A stretch of 64,000 nt of DNA from Vicugna vicugna (lineage: Eukaryota): assembly GCA_013265495.1 (NCBI GenBank), contig MU058065.1:3077003-3141002 (forward strand), read 5' to 3'. The stretch's first letter is position 1, and each line of letters opens with the position of its first letter. A program made the position numbers and the translations under genes. The notes beneath the pieces are model-generated. The model was given only the letters and a program-made list of their open reading frames with translations, did no database searches and had not been told where the DNA came from. Positions 49,021 through 63,902 of this stretch are shown piece by piece.

Positions 49021-52000
49021 GGCCAACTTTTTGCTCCAACTCAAGAGGCCCCTGAAGAGCCTCCCCAGTTTCAGGGTTTTTCGTGGGGTAAGGCTTTGCT
49101 GCATCCGTGTTGCAGCCCATCTCCTCCCTATGCCCAATTTTGCTTCCATTCCCTCACCTTCACCCCAGCTGTTGATCTTGAGAACATCCCCTAAAAAATG
49201 TATCATGTGATAATTTCAGTGTATGCTTCTGGATACACTGCCACAGGACCCCAAATATGGAGACTCCAAGAGAACAACTCTGGGGATACTAATGCAGCAG
49301 GATTCTGGGCTGTGGCTACGGTCAGACAGCAGGAAAGATTGTGTGGGAAACTGCTTCCAGAGTAATTTTTTCATCCAGCATCTCAAGGAATAGTCCTGGA
49401 ACCCAAGTGGGAAAAAAAAAAAGCCCAAGGGGAACTCAATAGCAACCACCCAAACAAAAGAATGAAAGGGGTCTGGGAAAAACTTTAAGTCAGGAAATAA
49501 AAGGCCTATTGGCTAAAATGGGAAAAGGATAGCAGTAAGTGTCAGAAAATATTATTTAATATCCAAGTTTAATTGTTTAACGTTGTTCATTGTTCAATAT
49601 TATTTAATTGTTAAATATTGCCTAATATCCAAGTTGGGATAAGCCAACAGAGGAAGGTAAAACTGTATTGAAATTCAGTTCAACTAAGACCTTGACATTT
49701 TCTCAGTGTTGCACTTGATTGTAGTGAACAGGACAAATTAAGATATCTGGGTAAGCCCAGGCTGTGATAAAAGGCCAGCATTCAGAGGTATCATTTTGAT
49801 GGAGAGATGGGTCTTTCTTTATACCTGTAGGTAGTGACAGCTCAACCTGACCTGGGTCAGTGACCAGAATCTGCTCTGCGTGTGTCTGTGTGTCTGTGTG
49901 TGTGTATATGTGCACACCTGTACGTATGTGTGTTCAGGGTGGGGAGGGGAAATACGTTGTGTGCATTGGGGTAGACTGAGATGGGACTGTCTATTGAAAG
50001 GGAAGAGGAGACCATTCCTCCTCGACAAATCATACCCTCTTTAGTCATTGCTTTACTTTGGTTCTCCCCAAAGGCAGAGCCAGAATTTGCCTGCAGATAG
50101 TTTAATAGAGAAAAGATCTCTGGAAACAGGAATGAGGGAGCAGAGCCAGGAAAGAGGAAATGCCAACGAAAGAGTGCATTACCACCGCCTCCGTGGGAGA
50201 AGGGGGATTGGTCCTATTGGGGCCTCCTGAGAAGTGTTCCAAGTGCCTCCCATAATTGTCCACACAAAGAGCAGGTACCTGGAGCATGTATTCACTCACG
50301 GGCTCCTCTTCTGCACTGCCTGCAGGCTGCCCCAGCAGGCATGGATTACCCACAATCCAGGCTGTGCTTGCAGGTGGGGTGAGCAGCCGGTCAGCTTAGG
50401 AGAGGCTAAAATGGAGCAGCACAGGGCATCTGCCTGAGCTGGGATCCCTGAGCTCACAGGAAACTCTCTACCTCAGCCGAGGCTGAGATCAGAGTGGGTG
50501 GGGGGGTTGGGATTTAGGCTGCTAAGGCCCTACTACAGCCAAATAAATGGCCACAGGCCCTAGGAAAAACAGGCACATGTTTTTAAAAGGTATATCTATG
50601 CAAATCATTGCTGAGTATTTATAATGCAGATTAAAATCATATTAATAAAGACGTTTTCTGCTTAGTCCCTTTGACTCGGTAATAAGCCATGGTGGTTGCT
50701 GGGTTTTAAATAAAAAGAAGGTGGATGCTTTATATTTGGGGAGTTTGAAGAGGTCAGTAAATAATAGTACTGCCTTCTTCCCCTGTGGAGTTGGGAAGCA
50801 ACTGAGAAACGTGACACAGTGAGTGGCAGCTGATGGGAGAACATAAACTTCAGTCTGTGGCCAAAAGGGCAGGGCTGCTAATGTGCCTACATCGCTGTCT
50901 GAACTATGGGGCCAAGCACCTGAGCAGAGGCACTTACCTGAACTGACTGCCTTGCACTGGTCTGGCAGAGAGGGAAGAGGATGAATCACCAGTGGTTGCA
51001 TCCTTGCAGATTTTAAATAGATTAATGTTACACAATCAGGGAACTTGCACCATTAACTGCAAGATCCTGGCCATATACCAGTCAGATAACTGAATTGCAA
51101 TGCAAGCCTGATATTCTGATGGGATTTCCTCCATGTGGAACAACAAGGCAAGGTGAAAGAAGGTTTCTCCCCAACAAGGTGAAAAGTAAAAGAAACTACA
51201 GGAGCAGGGCACACTCAGGGTTCCTCCTATAGTTCTTACTGTCAGTAGCTTTCCATTGGATGTCCTACTGCCCTGGTACCATTTGCTTTGACAATCAAGG
51301 GTAAAGTTGTCTTCTGTAAGTCTTGTTCTCCAACCAGAGTGTAAGCTCAGGAGGGGTCTGTGTCATTTCTTTTGTGGGATCCAGAAAAGAATTCTGGGTT
51401 AAGAGTTGGGAAACCTAAGTTCTGGAAAATGCAATTTTATTGCATGATCTTATGGATCCATTCCAGGTCCAAATACCAGTTTCAGAATGACTTACACAAT
51501 TGAATTGAATAGACACTGATTTGAGAGATGGGGTTAAGTGATACCTAACAATAAAAATAAGACTTGATATTTACCAACAGGATGCAGTGTACCTAAGAGG
51601 ATGAGATGCTCATGGAAGAAGTGCTGGCTTTGGCCTTGGACAGATTTGGCTTTATATCTATGCCTTCCTGTTGTCATGGGTAAAATTATAATTCCTACCC
51701 TGAAGGTTTGTTGTAAAGATTTAATAAAATAATGTAAGTAAAATGAATAAGTCCTGCCTCCGTAGGTGTTCAATAAGTGGCAGTGATTGCCTTGGTTATT
51801 TAAGAAGAGAATTTTAAAATACCATTAAAAGATTCTTGGCTTGAAAATGGGAGCTTCCCAAGGATTATCTTTGAATAGCTAATTAACAACCCTTAAAAAT
51901 CTCTAGGCATTTCTAGGTAATGGTAGTGGGAGTGGAGTTACAAGTTCATAAAGAAAGCTCTTGGAAGCCTGCATATTAGAAAAGAAAATTACTCATTGTC

Positions 52001-52426
52001 CCCTCTGCTCCTGTCACCTCTAATCACAGACTCTACCTGGGTTCAACTCCTTCAAGCCCAGCACATCCACTCAGTCCTAAAAGAAGAAATGGGAAGAAAG
52101 CCACAACACCTGACACATAAATGTATATTGAATGAGTAGACGAATGAAGAAAATAATGAACTGATGGCTGAATAAATTACATTAGCAAGAAGAAGTACAA
52201 ACATTCTTTCTGCCCTGTGGAAATAGCCAGGGAGGACAGATCAACAGGTGACTGTGGAGAACACCCACCCGAAAGCAGACAAATAGGCTTCAGGTTTTCG
52301 GGTAGCTTTCCCGATATTCACATGTCTCCTTACTAAAAGGCAAAGGGAAAGAAAAGATCGTGGACAGGAAGGATGTCATGGGTACCTAATGGCTGCCTCT
52401 TCTACATCCATCATCTCATCTCTTGC

Positions 52427-52462
<36 letters not shown>

Positions 52463-54976
52463 ATTCACCCTTGCTCAGGGGAATCAGCCTCATCTCTGGG
52501 AAGGGGGTGGTGACTGATTAATTTAAGATTATGGATGTGTTCCATCCTCTTGGCCACAGAGATTAGTCCAGGTATGGGCAAGTTACACAATTTTGGTCAA
52601 AGAGATGATAAATTCCAAGGATTCTGAAGGAGCTAGCTAGCCTGGAAGGTATGATATGAAGAGGTGAGGACTCAAAATGCTGCTGCTGCCATTTTGCCAC
52701 TGGAGCTGCTGGGGCAGGGTGGAGGGTGGCAAGAAACTCTGGAGAACCAGAAGATGATATTCTTCTTGATGAGATTGAAGTATGACCTCAAACGTTGTCC
52801 GAAGGCAATCTGTCTGAGGACTTTCACTTATGTGAGCCAATAAATCCCCTTCATTGTCTAAATTAGTCAGAGGAATTCTTCTGTCACTTGAAAAAAAGTC
52901 CTGATTAATGCAAAGAATCTTCTTTCCTCCATGCCAGATGGAATGCTGCTAATGGGCTAACTCTGACATCAAATCCAACTGAAGTCAGTGTGTAAGAGTA
53001 CCATTTATGGGATTCTGACCTTGAAAATGAACTTCTAAACATTTCAGAAGAACTTGATCAGGATAAACTTAGTTACCAGTAGCAGAGGTTTTACCCTGAG
53101 TGGCTTGCGGTGAAATCTTACAAAAATTATTCAAGTTCCAGTGGTTCATTCCTTAATAAGTTCTCCTTAACAAATCACTGAAAACTATATATGAAGTAAT
53201 CAGAATTACACATCTGGTATTTCCATCTTTTATATTACACTGAAATTTAGAGACATCTAGATTTGACTGAGAAATTTTTTTAAAGTGCATTTCAAACAAC
53301 GTTTAATTCTTGAAATTCAAAAGGAGATCCCTAAGTGACCAGAAACAGAAAGTCTTTCTTTCCCAAAATAAGACTGTAAGTTGAAAAGTATAGAAGGAAA
53401 TAACTTCCAGCTCTGATGATTAAAGACCACATGCATGAGTATTGAGAGAATAAAAACCACACATGTGTTTTTAAGAAAGTACATCTAAATGCCCCTACCA
53501 TGAAGATGCAGAATCTAACAACACCATATTCAAAAAGTGATTGAAAGATAAGTAAACAAAAGAGGTTTTTTGGTTTATTTGATTTTATTTGATTCAGCTA
53601 TTAAGTCTACATCTGATTATGGTCAAATTGCAAGGTTTGCTGAGCACAAGGGGAATAATCAAATTATAGCTCATCTGCAACAAATTCATATTATTTTTTA
53701 CTGTATTTCAGTCTGATAACTTAGATTTGGCTCACAGTTTTCTTCCAAGAAGAGAGCCTTTGAAGTTGAATAAGGATTTCAATAATACAGGAAATTAAAT
53801 TATGAGAAATAGAAAATGAAGAGCTATTTCTTGGCTGTAGGTACCTTGAAATATATACTTTAAAGCTGTGAGGGTGGCCCCATGCTTTGTCAATGTGTTA
53901 TGGAGTGGTCTTTAACAAGTTCCTTCATCCAAAGATTGAGATAATTTACTCACAAACTTGGAAAGAAGTAAGGTTAGTATAAGAAGGGGTAGCGTATAAA
54001 CTGGAATCTTATTTTACTAATAGTGTTTTACTATTAATTTTAATGTTAGTGCCGAATATAAATTTACCTAAAGATACTGTCATTTAAATAATGCCAGTCA
54101 CCTTTTACCCTAGATTGTGTCAGCAAATAAATCTGAAGCAAATTTTCTTGGTTTAAGCAAGCACTGCTCCTTCATTTTAATGTTTACTTTTGATTGCATT
54201 GATTTTGTTTTTGACCTATCAACGTAGGTTGCTTCCAATAGTCCCCGACAGGCAGGAGTGGTAGGTTTTGAGGATAAGGTGGACAAAGCTGCCCAGGAAA
54301 CTAGAGCTTGTGGGCATATGCAGAGACTTACAATTCCTACTCTGTGGGGCTTCTGATTTTCTCCAAGGAACCGAGATTGTCTGCAAGGGGAATCTTGCCA
54401 AGAAGGAAGGAACACACTGGCCTGGACTCCTAGGCCCAATATCAGGGTGTCCATTACAGAGAGCTGGTTCCTGGCAAGGAATCTGTGCTGTGGGAGCTGC
54501 AGCTGAACACGTGAGCATTATCCAGGAGCATTCAAAGAAGCAACAGCCGCAGAAAATGTGAGCTCCATCGGTGGACTTACCAGATTCTCCAGATTCTGTT
54601 GGCAAGATGTTTGGAAGCAAGACTGGCCCGGCTGCACTAAGCCAATGACCCTTTGGTATTCTCGGTCAAGGCCCCCAAGAGAGAAAGCAGATTTCCTGTA
54701 CATCTGAGTGAGTAAGGCCCGAGTGATTAACTTGGTTATTAAAGGAAATGTGACCTTATTTGAACCTTGAACATGATAGAGAAAGTAATACTATTTAAAA
54801 TAATATAATGCTGTGATCTCAGCCGTGCTGGATACTCTACAGCTGTCATTCTGCTAGACTCAGACAAATGGCCAAACGGGTATGGCCATATTTGCTTTAG
54901 TACCACTATCCCCTCTGTTTTTGTGGCCACACTACAGCAGTAGACAGATAAACTTCAACTACTAGATGTAGACTTT

Positions 54977-55113
54977 GGGGGGAAGTATAGCTCAAGTGGT
55001 AAAGTGCATGCTTAGCATGCATAAGGTCCTGGGTTCAATCCCCAGTACCTCCTCCCAATATAAATAAATAAGTCTAATTATCTCCGTCTCATAAAACAAA
55101 CCGGAAAAAAAAG
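54977..55113 (+). mobile_element. vic-1-like SINE
   Basis: gtatagctcaagtggtaaagtgcatgcttagcatgcataaggtcctgggttcaatccccagtacctcc, A-rich tail, and TSD-like aacta(g/c)atgtaga. Confidence 0.88.
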
Positions 55114-58100
55114 AACTACATGTAGAGTTGGCCCACGACGATACATCTTATATTTGTTTCTTTTCTGTCTGTAATAAAAACACAATATAGACTGTCTTTC
55201 TATTGTAACTTATACCTTAATGTTTCTCCCTCCTAATGTTTTAATATTTTAACTAAAGAAGTTACAGGTTTAACGTTTTTGATCAGATTAAAAAAAACTA
55301 AAAATAAACCCAGTGCATGTCCTACTTGCTTGAATTGCCTTATTTAACATCTCTTATCTATTTATATTAGAATTCTCTTAGATAAAAGCTTCTACAAATT
55401 TCTACCTGCAGTATAGAACTATGAATTTTTAAAAGGTAGTATTAATGTATTTTTAATTATGAGTTGAAAATATGAAGAAAGGATTAATTAAACTTTATCA
55501 ACATAATATATAGAATAAATATATATAACTAATTTATATAGCAACGTAAGTATTAACTTAAAAATTCATTTATTTAATAGTTTTCATCAATTTTCTCTGT
55601 GGTCTCCTACACCTGTTATTCTATGTTATATTACTAACATCTTCTAGCATTTGAAGTAATTCTTAAAAATGTTTAAACCTTCTTACTTATTAAGTTACTA
55701 CATTTAATTAATACTTTAGGTAAAATTGCTTCACACAATTTTTATTCCCTCTCAATGTTAAACATTATCTGAAAATGATGCCTCATTTGATAACGTTAGA
55801 TGATCAGGGTAACAAATTCTATTTTGAAAGGTAATTGGACTTTTTTGTTGTAATTAAAGACATTGTTTTCTGATTACCAGTAGTAGTCAAAATATTATTT
55901 TTTTGGAAAGAACTATGTCACAGATTTGATTTCAGAAGAGATGACCTCAGCAGTGACAGCAGTGTAATGGTTTGAACTCATACAACTTCATTCCTATTTC
56001 ATTCCCAGTTTATTAAAATGAAAACCAACTTATCCAAGGGGCTTTATAACTGAGTTGTTATTGTTTTTTACTAAGAATATTAATGTGGGGACAAGAAGAT
56101 ATTTAGACAGATAATAAAAAGATACAGTGCTTCAGCAAAATACTGATGTCATACTTGACACTTTTTGAGCCAAGCTTGAGATGGGAATGGGTGACTGAGA
56201 AAGAAAACTGAAATAGAGGCAAGAGGAAAACAGGAAAGATTCTGCTGAGTGCCAGGGACACTCCACTTTCCCCAGCACCTCAGACTCAGGCCCCACACAC
56301 CCAGTGAGACCTTTAGGGTAGACAGTGGGAAAAGAGAAGTCGTTTTCTCACTCAGCAAATGTTTCCTGAACACACTGTATGCAGCCGGCCCTCTGTGATA
56401 TCTTGGCAGTACCACCTGTGAGCGAAACAAAGACACTGTCTTTGTGACCTTAGGCCCAGGAGAGGACGTTATGACATGAGTATATAAAGAAGGATAAGGC
56501 AAGAAAGTTAAGGATATGTTCAGTCTGCAGGATCAGGGGAGGCTGCCCAGAGGATATGACTTTTCAACTGAGAAGACAACATTCCAAGCAGAGGGAGGGA
56601 GACTGAGTTCCAGAAAACCAAGCAGACAGAATCCTGTGATTCTTTGCCAGCATTTGTATCTTTCATCACATCTTTAAAGGACCTGCCTTCCCCTCCTTTT
56701 TCCCCTTCCTTTCCCTCCCTCCCTTTAGCTCCACTGAAAAATGAAAATGTAAGGCAGTTACACACATAAACAGGGCAAAATTTTAGCTAGAAGAGAATGG
56801 GGTTAAGAACCACTGTGAACTCCATTCAACCTGAAAAAGTCAGACAGTTATATAAGGCGGCGGAGAAAAAAGTAGACCCAATTCATCTACCACTCAGAAC
56901 AAATGGAAGCAAATATGCCCTAATCCCGCCTGTGATGACTCCAGGTATTCGGTGCAGTGGTTCCTCGGTGTGTTCTCTGGTCTCCTTGTTTTCTCCTATT
57001 TCTTGAAATTAGACCTGTTGAAACTTGAGGGAGCTCCTGCTTAGTTTTGGGAAGTGCACAATTGTTGATGGATGTTACTGACCCATTAAGGAGGAAGGTC
57101 TCCTATCCATACAGGTTTTGTCTGGTTCTAGCTCAGCAAATCTTTTAGTCGAAGACTCAGTCTTTTCTTCAATAACTACCCTAGTAGGCTCTTTTGCCCT
57201 TTACTTGAATGAAATGTGTATTGTAATTTATGCAACTCACCTAAGATCCAGAAAGACTTCAGAAATACAAAGGTGAAGGCAACAAGTTTCACTCTGAGAA
57301 AATTGAACCTTCAGAAGACAGGCTTCTTTGGCTTTTGGCTCTGTTTATTCAAGTCTTTCTTTGTCTCTGTCTACTGGGGGATAGAAGGCAAGTCTGGTCA
57401 AGATGTCATTTAAGTGTCTGCCCTGATATTCCGGTGGAAAGTAAAATGACATCCATCATGAAAACCTGTTATATAGATAAACCAACGTGCTGGATTTGAG
57501 ATTTGCTACTTCAGTTGGTGATATACGTGTATATAAAGCATTAACTATGACTCAGTCTATATTAATAATATAAGTAATTCCAGAAGAAAAAGATAATTCT
57601 CTATACTTGGGATGTCTCCCCTCTTACTTTTTCTAAGCAAAAAATAAATAAATAAAAATAAAAATTTTAAAAAGCCTAAATTTCTTTGCTGAAAGGAGAT
57701 TGCAAAAAACCTTTTATTGCTTTGCTAAAATGAGAGGACTGGTAATAGAAATACTTTGCACTTTGGGAGAGGTAGTGATTTACGATATGAAAAGTTAATA
57801 TTGAACTTCAAAGGGACAGTTAAAAGACTGGATCCACAGATATCTACCTGATGTCATCCTTTGTGTTTTGGGAGCTGGAGCAAACTTTAAACCTGATCAA
57901 TATCAGTAATTAATTAACATAGTCTTGGAAAACAAAAGTGTCCTCAGTGGATCAGAAAAGTTGAAGAACTACTGATTGAGAGCCCTAAGGTTCAGCACTG
58001 TGGATTAACCACCAGAGGAAGCCAAAACTTCAGGTTGGGAGCATTCCCAGAAAAGCACCCAGCTTAGGGGCAATGGATTTAAGGAGCAGCATACCCAGAG

Positions 58101-59971
58101 GGTGGTGAATTGGAAAGATGGAGGAGGAGTTGCTGGGCTCTTTGGAGGGCTGGGGGATTTGCTCGTGGACAAAAATTTGAATGTGGACACTGGCGCTGAA
58201 GGGGCAAGATCTGGGGAGTTATACATCCCCATGGGCGCTGGAAGCTTCCATACTCAGAGGAGAAACTAAAGGAAGACTTCTCCTGCCAACAAGGCTTTTC
58301 CTAACCACTCACATGTCTCTCCACAACATTAGGTAAAACTGACGTATAAAAGCACCAAATTCAACAGCAACTAAAAAGAATAAACACTTGAGGACATACA
58401 GTTAATTGGGTAGGCAAAAGATTTTATAATAAATTAACATCCTCAGAAACATTTGAGAAGATATCATAGAAAAGAAATTACATATCTTGGAAAGTTTTAA
58501 AGTAATAAACAAATATTAGTAGAAGGATTGAATAAACAAAACTAAACTGAAAATTTTACCTAGGAGAAAATGAAAATTGTTTTCAGTAGACTTGAAATGC
58601 CATTGTGTCTTTGTATTCAAGGACATGGTGCATTCTTTCCCTTTATTTACATCTTCCATATGTTTCAGTTAAAATTTGTAGCTTTCTTTTAAAAAAATTA
58701 AAAATTAAATAAAAAGAGCTTTCAAGAAAACCACTGTGTCATAAAAGAAGGCTTAAGTCCATTAACCTCAATTGAACAAGAGCAAACTATATTTATTAAA
58801 ACCAAAGGGGAAAAAAAGGAGAAGAAAAAGAGAATAATTTTATAATTAACCTTTTTTGTGTGTTCTGGATCCCTACTGAAGATATCAGCAGTGACTTCAA
58901 ATATTTTGACTGCAGCCCACAGAAAGAAGCGTGTATAAACCAATGCATACATACACGTGCATACATACACACTTATCATGGACTATGAACTCTGATATTT
59001 ACTATATTACGATACTTCTAATAACTCATTTTTAACCTAAATGTACTTCCTACCCCCAATGCAGGTAGCTCTCAGTGTGAGGTATGATATTAAGAAACCT
59101 TAATGGAAAGGTACTTGCTCATCCCTTCCAAAACACTCAATTCTTCATCCTACATGGGATGAGTTCTGCTGCCCTGGCTTCTTTAAGGTCCCTGGAACTC
59201 CTAATCAAACAATTCTGGTCTATTCGACTGTCATCTCTTCATATCCCTTTCCTCTTGGAGGACAGATATTCTGGTTAGATTTTGAGGTATACATGGCTTT
59301 TTCTTACATCTGTGAAGACCATACACCTTTACAATATTCATTTATGAGCCAAGGAAGCTGGTCTCTGGATCTTACTGCTCTGCTTTGGGATGGTGAGCTG
59401 ACCTTCTGAATGTTAAACCTACCCCCTAACGTGGGGATGATTTCCTTCTCCACTCAAGACACAGCTGTCTGTAACCCATCTGTATATGTGCAGATAGAAA
59501 GAGGAGGGAGTGGGAAGTGATACAACCCCAGCACACACTAGCTCCTACGTTGGCACCTAGGTCTGGGAACCAGCCTTGGCTCTGAGCACATGTGAAAGCC
59601 ATCCTGCGTGCCCGGGGGGCACTTTGCAGGGAGTGGCTGTTGGATGGTAGCAAATGGGCTAAAGAGCCATTGAAATGTCCACTCACTTATTCATTCACTG
59701 AAAATCAGTGACATGCTGGACACTTGGGTTATCACAGCTAATGTGCAGTGTTCACCTGCTGCCAAGATCCGGGGAAATCCCTGGCATACCTAGGGATTTT
59801 CCCTAAAGACATGTCTCTCAATTCATAATACACTGTAATTTTATTTCCCCCCACTTTTTACTTTCAAAAGCTTCAAACCTACAGAAATACTGAAAAAACA
59901 ATGCAGTGAATACATATCCTTCACCTAGACTTATCAATTGTTAGTACTTTACCCATTTGCTCAACAGTTAA

Positions 59972-60002
<31 letters not shown>

Positions 60003-60682
60003 AATGGAGGCCCAATAGGTACTATGAAGGTCAGAGTGCTAGTTGCTAAGAATATTCCGCATATTCCTAATATCCCCCTGGGAAACCAGGTTCTGAAAAT
60101 GTTTCACTGCACCAATAATCAAGTTAAGATTTATCTCACTAAAATAATTAATTTTGAAAATAAAGCACAAATGAAGTCACAGTTCATGAACTCACTCACT
60201 CTTTTTCTTGGGCAGGTTGGTCTTTAGCTGTGACTGCCACTGCCAGCCCCCATATCTGCTCCCTATGTATGAGCAGTAACAGTAATTACAACAACAATGA
60301 CGTTACACCTTTATACACCGCTTTTCATCTCAGGTGTATAAGCTATCATCAGCTCATTCATCATCAGAACACTTCTTTGAAGTAAACTCAGTGGCTAATT
60401 TTATTATCCTTTTTATAGACTGAGAAGCTATAAAAAAGTACAATGCCATGTCCAAGGTCAAACATGTTTAGAGACAAAACTCAAGACTACCAAATCTTTC
60501 TTCCAAGCTTCCAGGCATCCATCCTCCAGCTGATTAATATTTGGGACATTTAGATCATGGAGCATATTTTATTAGGTTCACATTTATATACTCTAATAAA
60601 CTTTTTTAGTTCATTGGGATTAAAATTTAAACAGTCAATTTGTTCTTTGATGTGGATAGATCATGTGCTGTTTTTAACATTT

Positions 60683-60959
60683 CTTTTTTTTTGAGGAATT
60701 TCTTTGTTTATATTTTTTATTGAAGTGTAGTTGATTTACAATACTAATTTCAGGTGTACAGCAAAATGTTTCAATTAAAAAAATTTTTTAAGTGTTTTAA
60801 TTATACATATACATGCATATATATTTTCTTTTCAGATTCTTTTCCATTATATTGTTATTACAAGAAATTGAATATAATTCCCTGTGCTATACAGTAGGTC
60901 TTTGTTTATCTATTTTACATATAGTAATATGTGCCTGTTAATCCCCAACGCCTAATTTA
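60683..60959 (-). mobile_element. L1 3' end, antisense
   Basis: Reverse-complement L1 3'UTR flanked by a tttttaacattt duplication. Confidence 0.8.
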
Positions 60960-61995
60960 TTTTTAACATTTTTTTTTACAATCTATCCTCGAGTTCATTT
61001 TATTTTTAATTGGGCACAGAACTTCAGGAACTAATAATATCAGTATAGATAACTAGGAATAAGAGGAAAGAGGCAGAGACAGCTTGAAATTAAAGAAAAG
61101 TGTGTTTAAGGAGCTCCGGGCTGAGTCACAGGAAGAATGGCTTCCTCCTCAAAGAGGAATCTCTCCCTCTTCCTTCTTCCCTTCCGTCTGGTCTTTCTTT
61201 GAGTCACAGAAGGATTCTGTGAAATGCTAGCTTCTTTAGTATATCGGATTTCAAGAGAAGTGACTCAGGAAGGAAAGAGCCTCAGCTGGGCGACTCACCT
61301 AAGTTCCTGGGGCTTCCGTGTCTCCAGCTGTAAGATGACGAGGCTGGTGAGATGATATCAGGAATCCTCCCGAGTGCAGTCAACCTAACATTCTACCTCC
61401 TTTCACCCCTCTTGACATCTGCTTTTAGCTCGTGCTTTAAAGGAGAGGCATGTTCTATACATGTCAGCAAAAGATACTTTGCCTGTATGTATATTTGAGT
61501 ATTCCATGAAACCAAATCTTTGTCCAATGGACCATTATTTATTTTATTTTCCCTTGTTTATCTCTCTCATTCTTTCTCTTTTGCCCCTAGCCCATGGAAT
61601 TTCAGCAGTCTGAGAATCCAGCAAATTTCAAGGTGCTTCTCAGATACCTAAATTGTACCTTGAGTGTACCAAATATTTTCAAATAGGGTTTTTTATATGA
61701 AATAATAGAGTGAAAATAGGCTAGTTTCCACCCGGCTTACTGTTATCAATTTCACCATGTTCCAGAGTCAGTTTCCCTCCAAGGACAGCAAACACTACAA
61801 CCAAATTTCCTTCTTTTGGATGAGGATTAACTGCCTTATTCATGTAAGCACTTTTTAGTGACTCTCTAATAGCAGTAAAACAATGGATTTTTTTTCCCGA
61901 AAGAGAATTGTAGAAAGCATTATCCTTACAACTAATCCAGGATACAAAATTATAAATGGCTTAACCAAAATCTCATGCATTTGAATAGTTGTAGT

Positions 61996-62496
61996 GTTAC
62001 TGAATCCAAACTTATACTGATCTCTGCATGACACACCAATAAATTAAGAGACGAATTGTTGAGGCAAGGAATAGTGACCTTATTCAGAAAGCCAGCAGAC
62101 CAAGAAGATGGTGGACTACTGTCCCAAAGAACCATCTTACCCAAGTTAGGATTCAAGTTTCCTTTGTACTAAAAGGGGAGGAGGGTGGCTGGTTGTTGCA
62201 AACTTCTTGGTGCAGGAATCCTTTGTTCTTGTAGCTGTCCAGGTAGGTCTGGTCACCATGTTCCTGTAAACCTCCAAATGCTATTCTCTGCTCTACAAAT
62301 TTTATCTCTACATGAATGGAAAGTTGTATACCTTAAAGGTCGGAGCCTGGAGAACGGGCTATCCTGTATATTTCAGGGTAGAGGCAACATTCTTTTACAA
62401 AGGCTCAGACTCATGACTGAGCAGAGGCAACACAACACAAGGTTGGAGCTGAAGAAATAAATCCAATATGGAGTCAGGTTTGTTCTCTGTTATACC
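61996..62496 (-). mobile_element. Probable ERV1-class solo LTR
   Basis: About 500 bp, TGTTA-start; ends in tccaatatggagtcagg...ctgttatac, as in MER41/ERV1-type LTRs (recalled similarity). Confidence 0.6.
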
Positions 62497-62633
62497 AGAA
62501 GCAGATTTTGTTCGGAAGACTCTAAGTAATTTGTCTGGGGTACAAAAATATTCCATGTAGGCTGTTAATTACCCCAAATTTTTGCTGTTTCTCTCCTCCC
62601 TCACCAAGTGGGCTGGCATTTCTGGGTTTCTTT

Positions 62634-63107
62634 TGTGAATGAAAATACTGCAACCTTGTCAGTAAACAAAGAATGCTGAAACCAAGTCATCAGCGGCTGC
62701 TGCCACCCCCCAGTGAGGACGGGCCTGCAACCCAGCCTCTGCAGCCACTCACATTGGTGCCCTCTGAGCGGACTCGGAATAAGAAAGGACAGGATACTGG
62801 CCCTAGATAGCTAGGTGCTTGTCAAAGGAATGAATTCAGGGAGCCCAAATGTTTGCTTCCTCCCATACATAGAAAAGCACTAAATTCTTTAACTAGAGAT
62901 GCCTGGCTTTCTTTAGATAACAAGCAATCTTTTATTGTTCCATCTACCTGGTCTTTGTTGTAAAGCTCCTATATATCCTAGCTCCTCCCCTACCTCTTCG
63001 GAGCAGTCCCTCAGAGCCATCTGAGAGGTTGTCATCCCCGTTCGAGTCCTCCCACCAAATAAAACAACTGTTTTAACTTTTAGGCTGTGTATTTATTTCA
63101 GTTGACC
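62634..63107 (+). mobile_element. Probable ERV1-class solo LTR
   Basis: TGTGAA start, TATA-like cctatatat (about 62968), AATAAA at 63058-63063, ends agttgac. Confidence 0.7.
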
Positions 63108-63834
63108 GTTTCAAGTGCCCTTTTGAAGGGTTATTGTGAAACTTCAGGCTTTTATGTGAAAATCTGCATGGAACACACTTAGTTCATGTTCTAAATCTGC
63201 CTAACACAGTACAAGAGTTGTGTTAACAGAATTAATGCTAAAACAATGCTCCCTTCAGTAAATATTAATTATTCTATTTTCTTCTTATTAAATAGTAATA
63301 ACCACATAGATCATTCCTTACTAATACTCTACTTTTTTTTTTTTTGGCCATTCTGATGTATCTAAAAACTGATTCGGAATCTTTCAACAGTGATGCTTTT
63401 GCTGAATTTTGCAAGGGACCTAATTGCTTAGGAATCAATAAAGCGTATTAACCAGGTTTGTGTTTTATGTAAGCCAGGGGCCACGGCTGAAAGGCTTAGG
63501 CTTCATACTTTAATTTATTTTAGGATCATATTACCTAGCAGGGAGGGCCAACCGTCTCTCATAAAGCCTCACAGCTGTGGGATTGCCTCCAGCCCCACCA
63601 CGGGACAGTTTAGATTAGAAAATGAAAAAGAATCACATGTCCTATCGAAAGGACAGGGAGAAATTTGATGGTAAGTAAGTGACTGTTTATGAAAGGCAGC
63701 GCACTTTTAAGTCAGACAAACCTGTTCTTTGTTCTCAAGTGCCAGATGACTGTGCGCTTCTAAAACAGCGGGTCAAGATAGTTCCTGGAACCAGAAGAAC
63801 ACACCAGGGTTCCATTTTTTAAATTGCATTACTA

Positions 63835-63902
63835 GTCTGTGCCCAGAAATTGACACAACATTGTAAACTGACTATACCTCAATTTAAAAAAAATGCAAAA
63901 AA
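63835..63902 (+). mobile_element. Extremely 5'-truncated L1 insertion (about 68 nt)
   Basis: Perfect 14-bp TSD aaattgcattacta (63821-63834 and 63903-63916) at a tt|aaa site; L1 terminal sequence plus A tail. Confidence 0.88.

Noticed and set aside
56845..56950. TATATAA followed by ggcggcgg, a possible plus-strand promoter
   Set aside because: Isolated motif, no CpG island and no identifiable downstream gene.
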